Positions 29,161 to 44,305 of a stretch of DNA of 64,000 nt are shown one piece after another. Source of the DNA: Octopus vulgaris. Its lineage: Eukaryota. The stretch lies in assembly GCA_951406725.2 (NCBI GenBank), contig OX597833.1:60512001-60576000 (forward strand). Reading direction: 5' to 3'. Every line of letters starts with the position of its first letter. Position 1 is the stretch's first letter. The translations under genes were made by a program, and so were the position numbers. Below the pieces are notes generated by a model. The model was not told where the DNA came from and searched no databases. It worked only from the letters and a program-made list of their open reading frames with translations.

Positions 29161-29816
29161 AGAACACTTATGCTGTAATTATCAACATAAACTGTAACAT
29201 TATTAACACCATTTGACAGCACTGTATGATGACCACCACCACAACCACTACTGTTATTATTACTACTACTACTATCTATTGTATGTGCCGAAGGAATGAG
29301 GGGTTAGAGGGTAACCAAATGACAACAGGGTGCAGGGTCATCTCAGAGGTTCCTGTTAACCCTGTGGAACTGGGGAAACAGGAAGTGTATCTGTGTGTGT
29401 GTGTGTGCACGTGAGTGTGTACACCCACATGTCATGGGTTGAGTGTGGCCTCCCACATGCAAGACCTCACCCACCCACCCGCCGCCCCGTGGGACTGTAA
29501 GGGTTAACAGGAAGTCAGTTCTGATCATAAGGCCCATATCACTATCACCACATCTGCCGCCACCACCACCATCACCACTACCCAGGGACCACTTGTCACT
29601 GTTCAGTTGACTGTGGCCCCCACCTTAGAACAATCCTACAGACTCTACAGGATTGTCTCCAACATTCACTGTTGACATACCATCCTACAGCTGTGTACAC
29701 TCTACAGGATGTTCCACACACACACACGTACACACACTCACTCACACACACACACACATACACACACACATACACACTCACTCACACACACACACATACA
29801 CACACACACACACTCA

Positions 29817-29875
<59 letters not shown>

Positions 29876-30464
29876 ATACACACACACACTCACTCACACA
29901 CACACACACACTCACTCACACACACACACACGCACACATACACACACACACACACACGGTGGGGAGGGTGGGCCGGCATACTTTTTTTTTCCTCTGCTAA
30001 GAATGTTTAGATGGTGGCGGCGGTGGAGAGGATGATGGCAGCTATGATGCGGAAGGGAAGAGAGGGTGACAGAGAGAGAGAGAGAAAGAGAGAGGAATGA
30101 AGAAAGGGTGACAGAGAGAGAGAGAGAGGAATGAAGAGGAAGAGAGGGAGAGAGAGAGAGAGTGTGTAGGGAGAAATTTAGCCGAACCTCCAAATAATTG
30201 TTGCTGATGTAATGACAGAACCTCAAGTGGTGGAGCTGAATGGGGGCTGGAGGTGGTGGTGGTGGTGGTGGTGGTGGGGAAGTAGTAAGAGAAGGGTGGT
30301 GGGGGGTGGTAGTGACAGTGATGGTGGCGGTCGGAGGAGGTGGAGGAGGTGGTGGGAGTTACTGAGTGGAATCAGGTCAACTTAGATTGTTTCTTCAGTG
30401 GCATCCACACTCCTCCTCTTTATCATCAGAAGTGGCAACAGTAATTGCAGAACATACATACATA

Positions 30465-32150
<1,686 letters not shown>

Positions 32151-32539
32151 TATTATTATATTTCAGGATGGTCGTTAGGAATCTTGCAAAACAAAATCAT
32201 AAACATGTGTATATATATACATATACAGGGTGACCCAAACAAATAGTAACTTTTGAAAAACCAAGCAAAAATAGAAAAAAAATCTAAATGCAACAGAAAA
32301 ATTTTATTGATAGAAATTAAATGACTTGCCTTTTAAATAATCAGTAATTAATGCCTGCAAATTGCATCCTGTTGATGGCGTCCTCTTCTCCATTTGCATT
32401 CTGTCCATCTGCCATTGATGTTTGCCATTGCTTGGTGCGACATCTCATACCACTTACTTTGTCTTGAATTCTTTGTTTCACTTCTCCAAGTGTCCTTGGC
32501 GGATCAGTGTCGACCCGACTCTTAAGGTAGCCCCACAAG

Positions 32540-33008
32540 GTATCTCTGGGCATGGATACATTGAAACTCCGACGTCTGGCAGCTGAATTCGCAGACACCC
32601 ATAAAATTATTAACCATCTTACAAACAATAACTCTGAGCACCTTTTCAAACTCCACCCGTGGACATATTTACAAAGTTAGAAAACAGCACAGCTCCCATG
32701 ACTTTCGGAAACATTCTTTCATACTAAGAGTAGCTGAAGTTTGGAACAAACTGCTGGCAAAAGTTGTTAGTTGTTGGAGCACTGCATCCTTCAAAACTTC
32801 CATGCTTCCTGAGATTCGCCAACACTACACCTGATTTTCTCCCCTCCATACACATGCAAGCATGTATCTGACTCATACACTGTTCACTTTCCAGACATTT
32901 CTACATTACTGCATATACTTTATATGCACTTTTGACAAGTTGTGGTGCACCTGAGCACTGTATAGAATACTTTCATTATTCTTATTCTTATTCTTATTAT
33001 TATTATTA
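32540..33008 (+). mobile_element. CR1/L2-group LINE 3' fragment nested in the mariner transposase
   Basis: LRRLAA...HKIINHL...RGHIYKVRKQHSSHDFRKHSFILRVAEVWNKL C-terminal motif and (ATT)n tail; it splits the transposase between CDFF and LWGYLK. Confidence 0.8.
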
Positions 33009-34110
33009 AGAAAAAATCACAAATTGAAAAGCCTGGTGACCTTGGGGGCCAGTGAATGTCACCGAGTCTTAAGATGATACACTTACCAAAGAAATCTTGC
33101 ACAGCTGCCATTGACTGCCTTGTAGTATACAATGTCACACCATCCTATTGTAGTGTGCAAAGTCACACCATCGTGAAGTTGCGGAACAATGTTCAATGCA
33201 GATGCAACCAAAGATTGTAGCATCTCAACATATCGATCCAAAGTGACAGTCTGTGTGATCCCACTTTCATTTTCGAGAACGTAAGGTCTGATGAGACCAT
33301 GTGATGAAACTGCACACCATACTTTCACCTTGCTGCTGTGTAAAGGGCATTCATGAAATTCTTAAAGTTAGCTGTCTGCCCAGTAATGACAGTTCGGTTC
33401 ACATAACCTGCGAGATGAAAATGAGCCTCATCTGGACATCCACAGCTTGTTCAGAAATTTGTTGTTTTACGAGCGTGATTGTTGCCAGCGTCACCTTACT
33501 GGTTCATGTGCCAGTGGCATGTGAAAAACAACATTCGAGCGTGGTTGCTGCCAGTGCTGCCAGACTGGCTTCCATGCAGGTAGCATGTAAAAACACCTTT
33601 GAGCATGGACGTTGCCAGAACCGCTTGACTGGCCCGCATACCAGTGACACATAAAAGCACCCACTACACTCTCAGAGTGGTTGGCATTAGGAAGGACATC
33701 CAGCTGTAGAAACTTTGCCAGATCAGACTGAGCCTGGTGCAGCCTCTGGCTCACCAGTCCTCAGTCAAACCATCCAATCCATGCCAGCATGGATAGCAGA
33801 CGTTAAAAGATGATTTGTTTTCCATAATTTTTTGACAGAATTCTTATTGCAATTGGTGATCATTTTCCTTCAGTTCTTGCATGATCTGCAGCTTGTACAG
33901 ACGAAATTTTAAGTCAAAATGGAGAATTCAGCAAACACTCTCTCAGGACAACCTTGATGCAACTGCTTGCTTACAAGCTGACCAGTGTTGAGCCTTGATA
34001 TTCTGTGGAGTAGAAACACTTCTTGGTTGTCCTGTTGGTTTCTTTTTCACAACCAACCCAGTCTCTTCAGTTTTTGATCCATGTTTTTATCATGTGTTTT
34101 GAGGCAACTT

Positions 34111-34416
34111 GTTTATTCCTTCTCGAGCCATGCCTGGCTCATAAGGGCCGGTTTCCCCGGTTTCCTTGGCCTATAGGATTCCCCACCTGGACGGGATGCC
34201 GGTCCGTCGCAGGTGAGCTGCTAGATGCAGGTGGAAAGAGTGAGAGAAAGTTGTGGCGAAAGAGTCAGCAGAAGTTCGCCATTACCTTCTGCTGGAGCCG
34301 CATGGAGCTTAGGTGTTTCGCTCATAAACACACACATCGCCCGGTCTGAGATTCGAACCTGCGATCCCTCGACCGCGAGTCCACTGCTCTAACCACTAGG
34401 CCATGTGCCTCCACTC
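34111..34416 (-). mobile_element. tRNA-derived SINE with 10-bp target-site duplication
   Basis: Head GTGGAGGCACATGGCCTAGTGGTTAGAGC...GGTTCGAATC (A and B boxes); flanking direct repeat gaggcaactt. Confidence 0.8.
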
Positions 34417-35172
34417 GAGGCAACTTCTAGCAACTTTCAAGGCAACTTGACTATGACACACTAAATTGAGATGACATTGGAACTCACATGGCACACCCTC
34501 CAAACTATTGTTGTTTTTGTGAAACATTTTTATGGTGAAAGCACACTGTTTACCATTCCACTGGTCCATGATTACTAAATTGCAATGTTGTTTCTGCATG
34601 AAGGTCACTGTACCACAGTGCTGCCAAATGTACAGTTCAGCATGGTTGCCACTATGCATTTCAAAAGTTGCTGTTTTATTTGTTTAATATCTGTCGAATT
34701 ATGCTACATGCAATTTTAAGAAATTGTAGTCTATTCTTAGCCACTTTGCTACGATGAATTTCTTCCATCTTACTCTGTTATGATATTTAAGAAAAATTAT
34801 ACTAATGTGTCCTACTTGTTAAAAAATTCTATATTTTGTGCAGCTGAAGATAGCACTACATTTAAACTGATGTAATGATTGCATTGTTCAATTAAATGGA
34901 GCTGCTTGAAACGGTCATACTGCATTACTACTTGATATCTTGTTGCTTATTTTGATTTTATATATATATATATGTGTTTATATATATAGTTGAAATTTAT
35001 AGTAAAACAAAAGATGAAGACAGGTGTATAAACAACAAACAGGTGTCTTAGTTTAACGCTCAGGAAGGTGAGAAAGTCTTTTATGTTTGAAGCCTGCACT
35101 TTTCAATGGAAAGGAAGACGAAGAATTATAGAGAGAGAGAATAAAAAACTTTATAACTATCGGTCAATAATG

Positions 35173-35209
<37 letters not shown>

Positions 35210-35294
35210 CATATATAAATATATATACATACATATATATGTATATATATACATATATATATATTAGAAGATTTGGAGGTGATGTACAGGTATT

Positions 35295-35419
35295 ATATAT
35301 TAGAAGAAATAAGGTACTCAGAAATCTGGATGGTTTTATATTTACAGATTTTTATTAATATGTCAGAAGTCAAAAATCTGTAAATATAAAACCATCCAGA
35401 TTCTGAGTACCTTCTTCTA

Positions 35420-35426
<7 letters not shown>
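35295..35426. repeat. Inverted repeat with ~55-bp arms within (TA)n
   Basis: AAGGTACTCAGAAATCTGGATGGTTTTATATTTACAGATTTTT and its reverse complement, 18-nt loop. Confidence 0.88.
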
Positions 35427-35454
<28 letters not shown>

Positions 35455-35984
35455 TGCGCACACACGTGTGTGTGCAAGCTTCACTAAGTGTTTAAATCTT
35501 GTATTGACATCATGTGATAGTCGTAAATAAGCATGACCACCATACAATAGGTTTCTCTTGCTTCCAGTTTTCTATGAAAAATGTGAATAATACCTTGGCT
35601 GAAAACAAATGAATGTTGGTGACAGGAAGGGCATCCAACCATACAAAACCTGCCTCAACAAATCCTGTCTGACTCATGCAAGTATAGACAGGTGGACATT
35701 GAAACAGATTTTGTTATATTTTGGACGGTCATTTTTTTTCTTCACTTTAGATTTATTATTGTTCTTTTTTAAATGAAAATCTTCCATCAGAATGAACTGA
35801 ACAGAACAGGGGACCTGTGGGATGGAGTGTTGCTGAAGAGGTCAGAGGATGTGTGACAGGATTTTCAGACAAAGAACAATAATAAAATCTGAAGTGACGA
35901 ACAAAGGCATAGTTGCAGGAGTTTATTTGGCAAGAAAGCAAAATGACCATCCCGAAATATAACAATAGATGATAATATATATGC

Positions 35985-36026
<42 letters not shown>

Positions 36027-36128
36027 ATAATAACAAAGGGTAAAATTAATGAATTAAGAAGTAATCAATAATTTCACCAAGTAGAATTCAGCATGAAAAA
36101 AAGGACCATTTCATGGTAAACTTAAGTA

Positions 36129-36357
36129 ATACTAAATAATTAGGTTCAGCAAAGATTTGCTTTACCACATACCGAAGTTTAGAAATAGCAGCGAAAAAAC
36201 ATTAGCTATTTCTTCTACTTTAAAAAGGGACTCCCTTCTACTTCAAAAAGGGAGTCCCTTTTTGAAGTAGAAGAAATAGCTAACGTTTTTTCGCTGCTAT
36301 TTCTAAACTTCGGTATGTGGTAAAGCAAATCTTTGCTGAACCCTAATTATTTAGTAT
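36129..36357. repeat. Near-perfect ~230-bp palindrome
   Basis: ~107-bp arms starting ATACTAAATAATTAGGTTCAGCAAAGATTTGC and ending GCAAATCTTTGCTGAACCCTAATTATTTAGTAT, with ~3 differences. Confidence 0.92.
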
Positions 36358-36359
36358 AT

Positions 36360-36522
36360 CTACTCGCAATACCAGAGGGCGCAAACTCTCCTACCCTGAT
36401 GTAATCTCCAGGGATACAGGCATCCAGCAACAGGACCTCCGTAATGCTATGATGGACCGTGAGGTCTGGCGTTACATAGTAAATTCCATTGTCTCGACCA
36501 CGGTCGAACAATGATGATGATA
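36360..36522 (+). mobile_element. Short RTE-type LINE 3' end (different family)
   Basis: RGRKLSYPDVISRDTGIQQQDLRNAMMDREVWRYIV followed by a (TGA)n tail. Confidence 0.65.
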
Positions 36523-36571
<49 letters not shown>

Positions 36572-37901
36572 CACACACATCAAAATATTAGACATTTACA
36601 AAATTCATGCATCAAATTAGTATTTTTGTGACAGAAATAATTTATTGACAGTTATTGCCAAGCTAATATGGCAGTCCATATGTCTCGGTCATGACTAGGT
36701 GGGCCGTATTGTGGACATGAACCACCAATCTCCCCACTAGTTATCCAGTTCCTTCTCATCTTGACAATTCTCCGACCCCTAATATAATCACAAATTTTGT
36801 TTGCACCTATTCTTTAGAACAGCATTACCACAACATTTTCTTATGCTACCATGTAGGTCCGTTTATTATAAGCTGACACTTTGAGCAGGTCCTCTCACAG
36901 CCTTAGGCCAATCAAAGCTTTGTAAATAAAATATATATTTATTTATTGCCCACAGGGGGCTAAACATAGAGGGGACAAACAAAGTGATTAAGTCGATTAC
37001 GTTGACCCCAGTACGTAACTGGTACTTTATTTAATCGACCCCGAAAAGATGAAAGGCAAAGTCGACGTCGGCAGAGTTTGAACTCAGAACGTAACGGCAG
37101 ACGAAATACGGCTATGCATTTCGCCCTGCGTGCTAACGGTTCTGCCAGCTCGCCGCCTTCAAAGCTTTGTAATTAAAATATAATCGATGGAAGCTATGTG
37201 GAAAGTATCAGTCCTGTTGCATGATTTAAACACCTTGCTGGGACCTTGTAGGTCATTTAACAAACTCCAGCTGTTTCAAGTCTCAAGACCAAGTGTGTAG
37301 TATAAAGGTAACCTCTTCAAACTAGTGACCTGAAAAAGTGTAAGGTGCAATATACTGTTTTTACTAACTCGTGTAAACAATTTTAAAGGATAGGGATGAA
37401 TTTCCAGTTGTTGCAGTCTAAATGATAGAGGCAGTTGTGAAGACTTAGCAGAAAAAAATTAGGAGTTACTGAAACTTACTGATTTATAGTCTCACATGAA
37501 TTACCTCCCTTCAACAGTAATCACAGAGCTTCTATGTGCCAAATCTCCCTCAAATCACAAAATACCACCAAATAAGGAAAGAAACATTGGACAATGTAGT
37601 CCTTTGCACACGATGTCCCACCCCTAAGGAAAATGGGATGGTCATGATTGAAATATATTTGATCGCAGCTGGCCTGGAGCTAAACAAAATGTTTATATAT
37701 ATACATATATATACATATATCATCATCATCATCATTTAACGTCCGTTTTCCATGCTAGCATGGGTTGGACGGTTCGACCGGGGTCTGGTAAGCCATGGAG
37801 GCTGCACCAGGCTCTAGTCTGATTTGGCAGTGTTTCTACATCTGGATGCCCTTCCTAACGCCAACCACACACATATATATATGTGTGTGTGTGTGTATGT
37901 T

Positions 37902-37937
<36 letters not shown>

Positions 37938-40018
37938 GAGAGAGAGAGAGAGAGAGCTATGTATGTTAATGTATGTATATGGAGGACTGTATGATGTATT
38001 TAGGACGTATGGTAGTATATGTAGAGGACAACATGTGGTGTGTGTCAGGAGATAACTTACAGGAAAAGGTGGCGATCCATAAAGAAATACTGAATTTTTT
38101 AAAGTCTTAAAGCTTCAGGTTTATGAGGAAGGATTAAAGAAATTCTGTGATATTCATACTTATCAAAAAAGAATTTGTACAAGGTAAGTGGGTCGCAGAT
38201 CTCGTTTGCCAAATACTTCTTTTGTAAGACATTCACCAACCTGATTGCAGTAATGGAAAAACTATTTCCTGCTGAAACAATTTCAACAGCTTGAAGTGAA
38301 TGAAATACCTCCATGATGTGAAGTTGTGCATTCACACGCTTTGTTGAGATCTTATATCTCTTTTACAACATAAGATTTGCAGACACTAAGAGAGCTAAGA
38401 CAGTGTGACATCTGGATCTTTTGCAAGAGTTATTAAAAGTGAAGAGGTAAGATTCAGGGGTACAAAGTAGTCCAAACATTTGGATTTCTGAAAAGGAGAA
38501 ACAATAGAAAAAATTCTAATGTAGTACAAGAGACCTGCTTCTGCCTCTCTGTCACACTCAAACCTTTCATACAAGTCCCCCTCCTCAAATGCCCAGCCCC
38601 TCTCATAATTCCTTGTCTTGTGAGTTACTTGGTTACCCTACCAGTGTTGGTGCCATGTTAAAAGCATCCATTCCATACTGTAACATGGTTGGCATTTGGA
38701 AGGGCATCCAGTTGTAAAAATCATGGCAAAACTAACCTCACCTGTGCTAGTACCATGTAAAAAGCATTGAATTCACTCTGCGGAGTGGTTGGTGTTAGGA
38801 ATAGCAACCAGCTGTAAAATCCCTGAGAAAACAGACACAGTAGCCTAAGGTAGATTTTCTACCCGGCCGGCTCCTGTTATCCGTCTTACCCATGCATGGA
38901 AGATGGACATTAAACAATGATGATGATGATGATGTAGTGGGGTGGGGGCGGGGTAGTTAATGGGCTGAATCTTACATAAGTGTGGTACTTATATATTTCT
39001 TTACTACCCACAAGGGGCTAAACAAGGACAGACAAACAGATTAAGTCGATTACATCGACCCCGAAAGGATGAAAGGCAAAGTCGACCTCGGCGGAATTTG
39101 AACTCAGAACGTAGCGGCAGACGAAATATGGCTACGCATTTCGCCCAGCGTGCTAACGTTTCTGCTAGCTTGCCGCCTTTAGTGTGGTACTTATATATCA
39201 ACCAACTTCTGCACAATATGAGACAAAATCAGAACGAAGGGCCATAACTTGGTAACATTACCATTTCAAATTTCAGTGACAAAACCAGAATTTTCAGAGA
39301 CAATACTTAATATATTAGACCCAATAATAAAACTGGTATTTTTTACCTTATTGGTCCGAGCATCATAAAGGGGCGTAACTTTAAAATATCATAAGACATT
39401 TTCACCATTGCTCAACTGATTTCTTAGTTTAGGACTCACTCGTTAATTAAAGACAAACAGCAAAAAGATTTATTTATATTTTTATTATTATTTTTCTTTT
39501 AACTTTGGCGTTTGTTTTCAGAATCTAGTCCTTGTCTTTATATTTCAGATAATATGGGAGAAATTATATATATGAACTGCTGATAACAAGAAGAAAAAAA
39601 AAAAATGGTTTGGAGAAATAGCAAAGAGACTATTTAAAGAAATCCTGAAATAATGGAAAATATCTCACAATTCCATTTAACCAATAATTTCACACAGTTC
39701 CAGTTTTGTAATTTTTTTTTTTTTAGATTAAAATTTTTTTATGATTACGTTATATATTTCTTTATTGTTTTGTTTGTTGAATTTGGTTTTATAAAGTCTG
39801 AGAGAGAGAGAGAGAGAGATAGACAGACAGAAGGGTATGTGTTTAAGTAAGCTTGTGTGTGTGTGTGTGTGTACGTTTGAGAGAGAGAGAGAATATGTGT
39901 ATGTGTGTGTATATTGACAACATGATGTAAATCATTTGAAAATTGTGGTGTTAGAATAGGTTATTTGCACTGGAGTAGGGGGTAGACAGAAAGAGAATGT
40001 GATGACAAAGAGATAACA

Positions 40019-40062
<44 letters not shown>

Positions 40063-40544
40063 TGTATGCAGAGAGAAATATATAACACAAACATGGATGG
40101 ATGAGATAGACACAGTAGACAAAATATAAATTAATTAATACATATATATATATATACACACATATATACACATATATATCTATATATATACATACACACA
40201 TATATACATACATATACATATATATACATACACACATATATACATACATATACATACATACACACATATATACATATATATATATATACATATATATATA
40301 CATACACATATATATATACATACACACACATATATATATATACACACATATATATATACACACACATATATATATACACACACATATATTATATATATAT
40401 ATATGCACACACACATGTATGGTATACTTTCTGATGCTCCACTGCATGAGATCAGCTGGTAGAGCACCGGGATATTACAGCTGTCACAACAGACAAATAG
40501 ACTGACATGGAAAACGGACATTAAAAGATGATGATGATACACAC

Positions 40545-40591
<47 letters not shown>

Positions 40592-41096
40592 AGATAAAGA
40601 AACACTCGCAGAGAAAGTGAAATGATGTTGGAACAGGCAATAATAAAAAAAAAAAATTTCTTTTTTTTCAAGTTGTTGTTTCCCTTTTATGTCATATGTT
40701 TTGTGAAAAAAAAACCTGTTGAGTTAAAATATGAAAAAGTCTGATAAACAAAGAAAATGCAATGAGAAGAAGGAAGAAGAACAAAAAATTAAAATAATTT
40801 TCTATTTGGCAGCACAAGGCCCAGATTAGCAAAGTGAAATATGTCAGTGTCAGAAGTCGTCTGGTTCTCTATATTATAGACCCTGGAAGAAAGACAGACA
40901 AATGTTGGTGTAATGTTGACATCAGCGGTAGTATTTGAACCCAGAATGGGAAGGGATTATAACTAGATACCACAGGATATTTTATTATGATATACCTCTA
41001 CCAAATCTGCCATCTCGTGACTAATAATTATCGAAACAACAATAGCAATAATAAATAAATAAAGATAAGGGTTAGAAAGTGCAGAAAGTGAGAAGA

Positions 41097-41102
41097 TTTA
41101 TT
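41097..41102 (-). terminator. Candidate ARCN1 polyadenylation signal (AATAAA)
   Basis: AATAAA on the minus strand ~830 nt after the stop, followed by a U/GU-rich tract. Other AATAAA hexamers exist near 41256 and 39470. Confidence 0.4.
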
Positions 41103-41667
41103 CAGTATCGGTCGCCATTAACATCATTATCATCATCATTATTATTATTATTAATAGTAGTAGTAATAGTATTATGGTGTGGTGGTGGTGAATCTTTAAA
41201 GTGGAAATGTTCGGTCCCAAATTTCCAAGAGAAAAAAAAAAAAAATAATAATTCTTTTATTATATTCTTTTATAATAATAATAATATTAATAATATTAAT
41301 AATAATAAACTGTTACATTCTTTATCAATTATTGATATGACAACACAAGTCAAGAATGTTGAAAATCAACAAACTCATTGAACACCACACCTTGCACAAT
41401 CACCACCACCACCAATATTCTGCCTCAACCGTAACAGCTTCATACCTATACATACACACACTCATGCACACAGACAGACAGACACACACACACTACCGAG
41501 ACTAAAAAAACAACAAAATAACCAAAATTTTCTATCTTCTGTAGCAAAAAAAAATCTTGTCTGAATCATTGATTGTGTATGTATATGTATATATGTGTCT
41601 ATATATTTGTACATGTGCATGCACATACATGCTTTAAATATATATAAGCATACCTACATGCATGCTG

Positions 41668-41711
<44 letters not shown>

Positions 41712-41924
41712 TGTAAATGAATGTAGTTATGTGTGTGCATATATAAAGAGACAGAGAGATAGTGAGGTGTGTATGTGTGTGTGTGTGCATTTGTGTGTAT
41801 GTGAAAAAAGGGAAGAGATAGAGAGAATGTGTATGTGTGTGTCTATATGTGAAAGAGGGAGGGAGAGAGAGAGAGAGAGACTTAAGTGAACCCCACCCCA
41901 ATCAAAGCAAGCAGCTGATGTCCT

Positions 41925-42011
41925 TTACACAATTTCATATTTGTCAACGTAGAATACGACTTCAGAAGAATATTTCACAGGTTCATCATCTGTGGTGATC
42001 ACTTCAGAGAT
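41925..42011 (-). CDS. ARCN1: Coatomer subunit delta, last coding exon
   Basis: ISEVITTDDEPVKYSSEVVFYVDKYEIV-stop(TAA); poly-T tract plus ctag acceptor; C-terminus VDKYEI is typical of delta-COP. Confidence 0.94.
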   Translation of the reverse strand: MSEVITTDDEPVKYSSEVVFYVDKYEIV

Positions 42012-42699
42012 CTAGAAAAAAAAAAAGATGAGAAAGAAGTTAGAGCTGTGACATGTCATGATACAGAGCAGTGAGTCTCAACCCCTTTTTTTTTACCTAT
42101 GGTCCTCTCTGACTCCTCTTCTACTCAGGTGGATTCTCATTGCCTTTTGATGTTTAATAAGCCCTATTATGTACTATTAGGAATTCCCTGTCATCTTTTA
42201 CTTGTTTCAGTCATTTGACTGCAGTTATGCTGTGGAGTGTTTTGAAGAATGTTAGCCGAATGAATCGACCCCAGTACTTTTTTTTTAAGCCTGCTTCGAA
42301 TCACATGATACTTAGTTTTAAAAAAAAAAAGGCATTGGATAATAGTTAGAAAAAAAGACAGGATAGTCACATCTGGAAAATTTTTGATTATTTGTTTGCT
42401 AGATGAAGGTGGATCCGGGGCTAAATAACAACAACAACAATAATAACATGCCTTTGGGTAAGACAAAAATCTGTTTTCTCCCTTGCCCCCAACTTGGTTG
42501 GGCAAATTTCTTTCAACTTCCATTAAGTTCATGTGCTTAGGTAAGGTACGTAACTCTGCCTGTGTCAGTCTATCTAACTGATTAACAGGTTGGACTTATT
42601 TCACAGCGAAGTGGTTAGCATTAAGGTGTCCACTTCCTATAATATACAGTTGCCCAGTTTGCAATGACTGCCTCTACAGTCACAGAATAAAAGGATGTT

Positions 42700-44240
42700 C
42701 ACATATACCTACACTGTTTGGTCTACATTAAGACCATAACGGCCCCAATGTTTATGGAATAGTCTATACAATCTGGTTTATATACAGACTTCTGCTACCT
42801 TCCCCTGGTCTACATTGAGACTTTTACTACTTAGACCATGATCAATATTTAGACATCTACTGCTTGTCCCATGGTCAATATTTAGACTTCTACTTCTTAC
42901 ACTATTGTCTATATTTAGATTTCTACTGCTTACTCCATGGGTTATATTGAAACTACTACTTATACTAAGGTATATATATATATGTGTGGAGGCGCAATGG
43001 CCCAGTGGTTAGGGCAGCGGACTCGCGGTCGTAGGATAGCGGTTTCGATTCCCAGACCGGGCGTTGTGAGTGTTTATTGAGCAAAAACACCTAAAAGCTC
43101 CACGAGGCTCCGGCAGGGGGTGGTGATCCCTGCTGTACTCTTTCACCACTCTTTCTTCTGTTGGCATGCTCGCTTAGCCAGCGGGGTGGCGTCATTCGAA
43201 GGCTAAAACAATGCGAACGCATTGTGATCAGCGATGTGTAACAACATCTGATGGTCTGGTCGGTCATGTGATATATATATATATTCTTTTACATGTTTCA
43301 GTCATTTGACTGCGACCATGCTGGAGCACTGTCTTAAAGGGTTTTAGTCAAAGAAATTAACCCCAGGACTCATTTTTTAAAGCCTAGTACTTATTCTATC
43401 GTCCCTTTTGCCGAACCACTAAGTTACAGGGACATAAACACAACAATGGTTGTCAAGCGACGAAGTGGTGGTGGGGGGGACAAGCATAGACACAAACACA
43501 AATACACACACACGACAGGCTTCATACAGTTTCTGTCTACCAAATCCACTCACAAGGCTTTGGTCGGCCCAAGGCTATAGCAGAAGACACTTAGCCAAGG
43601 AGTGGGACTGAACCTGGAACCATGTGGTTGGGAAGCAAGCTTCTTACCACACAACCACACCTGCGATTACATACATACACACACACACACTATGCTTGAC
43701 TATATTTACACGATGGTCTGTCTTTAGATTTCTACTGCTTGCTCCATGGGCTATATTGAATGGTGTAAAGGTAATGCACTTAGGCCGTTGCCAGCGCCGC
43801 CTCGACTGGCCTCCGTGCCGGTGGCACGTAAAGTGCACCATCCGATTGTGGCCGTTGCCAGCCTTGTCTGGCACCTGTGCAGGTGGCACGTAAAAAGCAC
43901 CCACTACACTCACGGAGTGGTTGGCGTTAGGAAGACATCCAGCTGTAGAAACATTGCCAGATCAGACTGGGCCTGGCGCAGCCTTCTGGCTTCCCAGACC
44001 CCAGTTGAACCGTCCAACCCATGCTAGCATGGAAAACGGACATTAAACAATGATGATGATGATGACTGCATACACCATGGACTATATTTAGACTTCTACT
44101 TCTTACATCATGGCTTGCCCTATGATCTATATATAGATTTCTACTACTTGTCCCATTGTCTTTATTGAGACTTCTACAGCTCACATATTGTCTATATTTA
44201 CACTTCTACAGTTATATTCTATACAGAGACCATAGTTTCT
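42700..44240. repeat. Degenerate ~30-bp minisatellite split into three blocks by SINE and RTE insertions
   Basis: CCATGGTCTATATTTAGACTTCTACTGCTTA-like units at about 42700-42970, 43690-43760 and 44068-44240. Confidence 0.7.
42986..43271 (+). mobile_element. tRNA-derived SINE inserted in (TA)n
   Basis: TGGCCCAGTGGTTAGGGC A box and GGTTTCGATTCC B box; head shared with the 34111-34416 element. Confidence 0.8.
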
Positions 44241-44305
44241 ATTCCTTAGTCTAAACAGAAAGCTTTTTATCTTGGAGAAAGCTGGCATTAGTCAGTTGTC
44301 CATAC

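Larger units (their letters stand above)
32226..34693 (-). mobile_element. Fragmented Tc1/mariner-superfamily DNA transposon (DUF4817-type HTH plus DDD domain), interrupted by three retroposons
   Basis: TA|CAGGGTG left end with degenerate inverted repeat near 34655-34693. Minus-strand remnants: MDQWNGKQCAFTIKMFHKNNNS, KVWCAVSSHGLIRPYVLENESG, WPPRSPGFSICDFF and LWGYLKSRV. Confidence 0.85.

Noticed and set aside
28604-29197. Mucin-like or Gly-rich ORFs
   Set aside because: Open in several frames on both strands because of trinucleotide low complexity.
38050-38520. Unique-looking stretch, possibly an exon or old transposase
   Set aside because: No continuous frame or recognisable motif could be supported by eye.
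42986-43065. tRNA gene candidates (also at ~34340-34416 and ~53165-53240)
   Set aside because: A and B boxes are present but the acceptor stem is missing and the sequence continues into SINE bodies.
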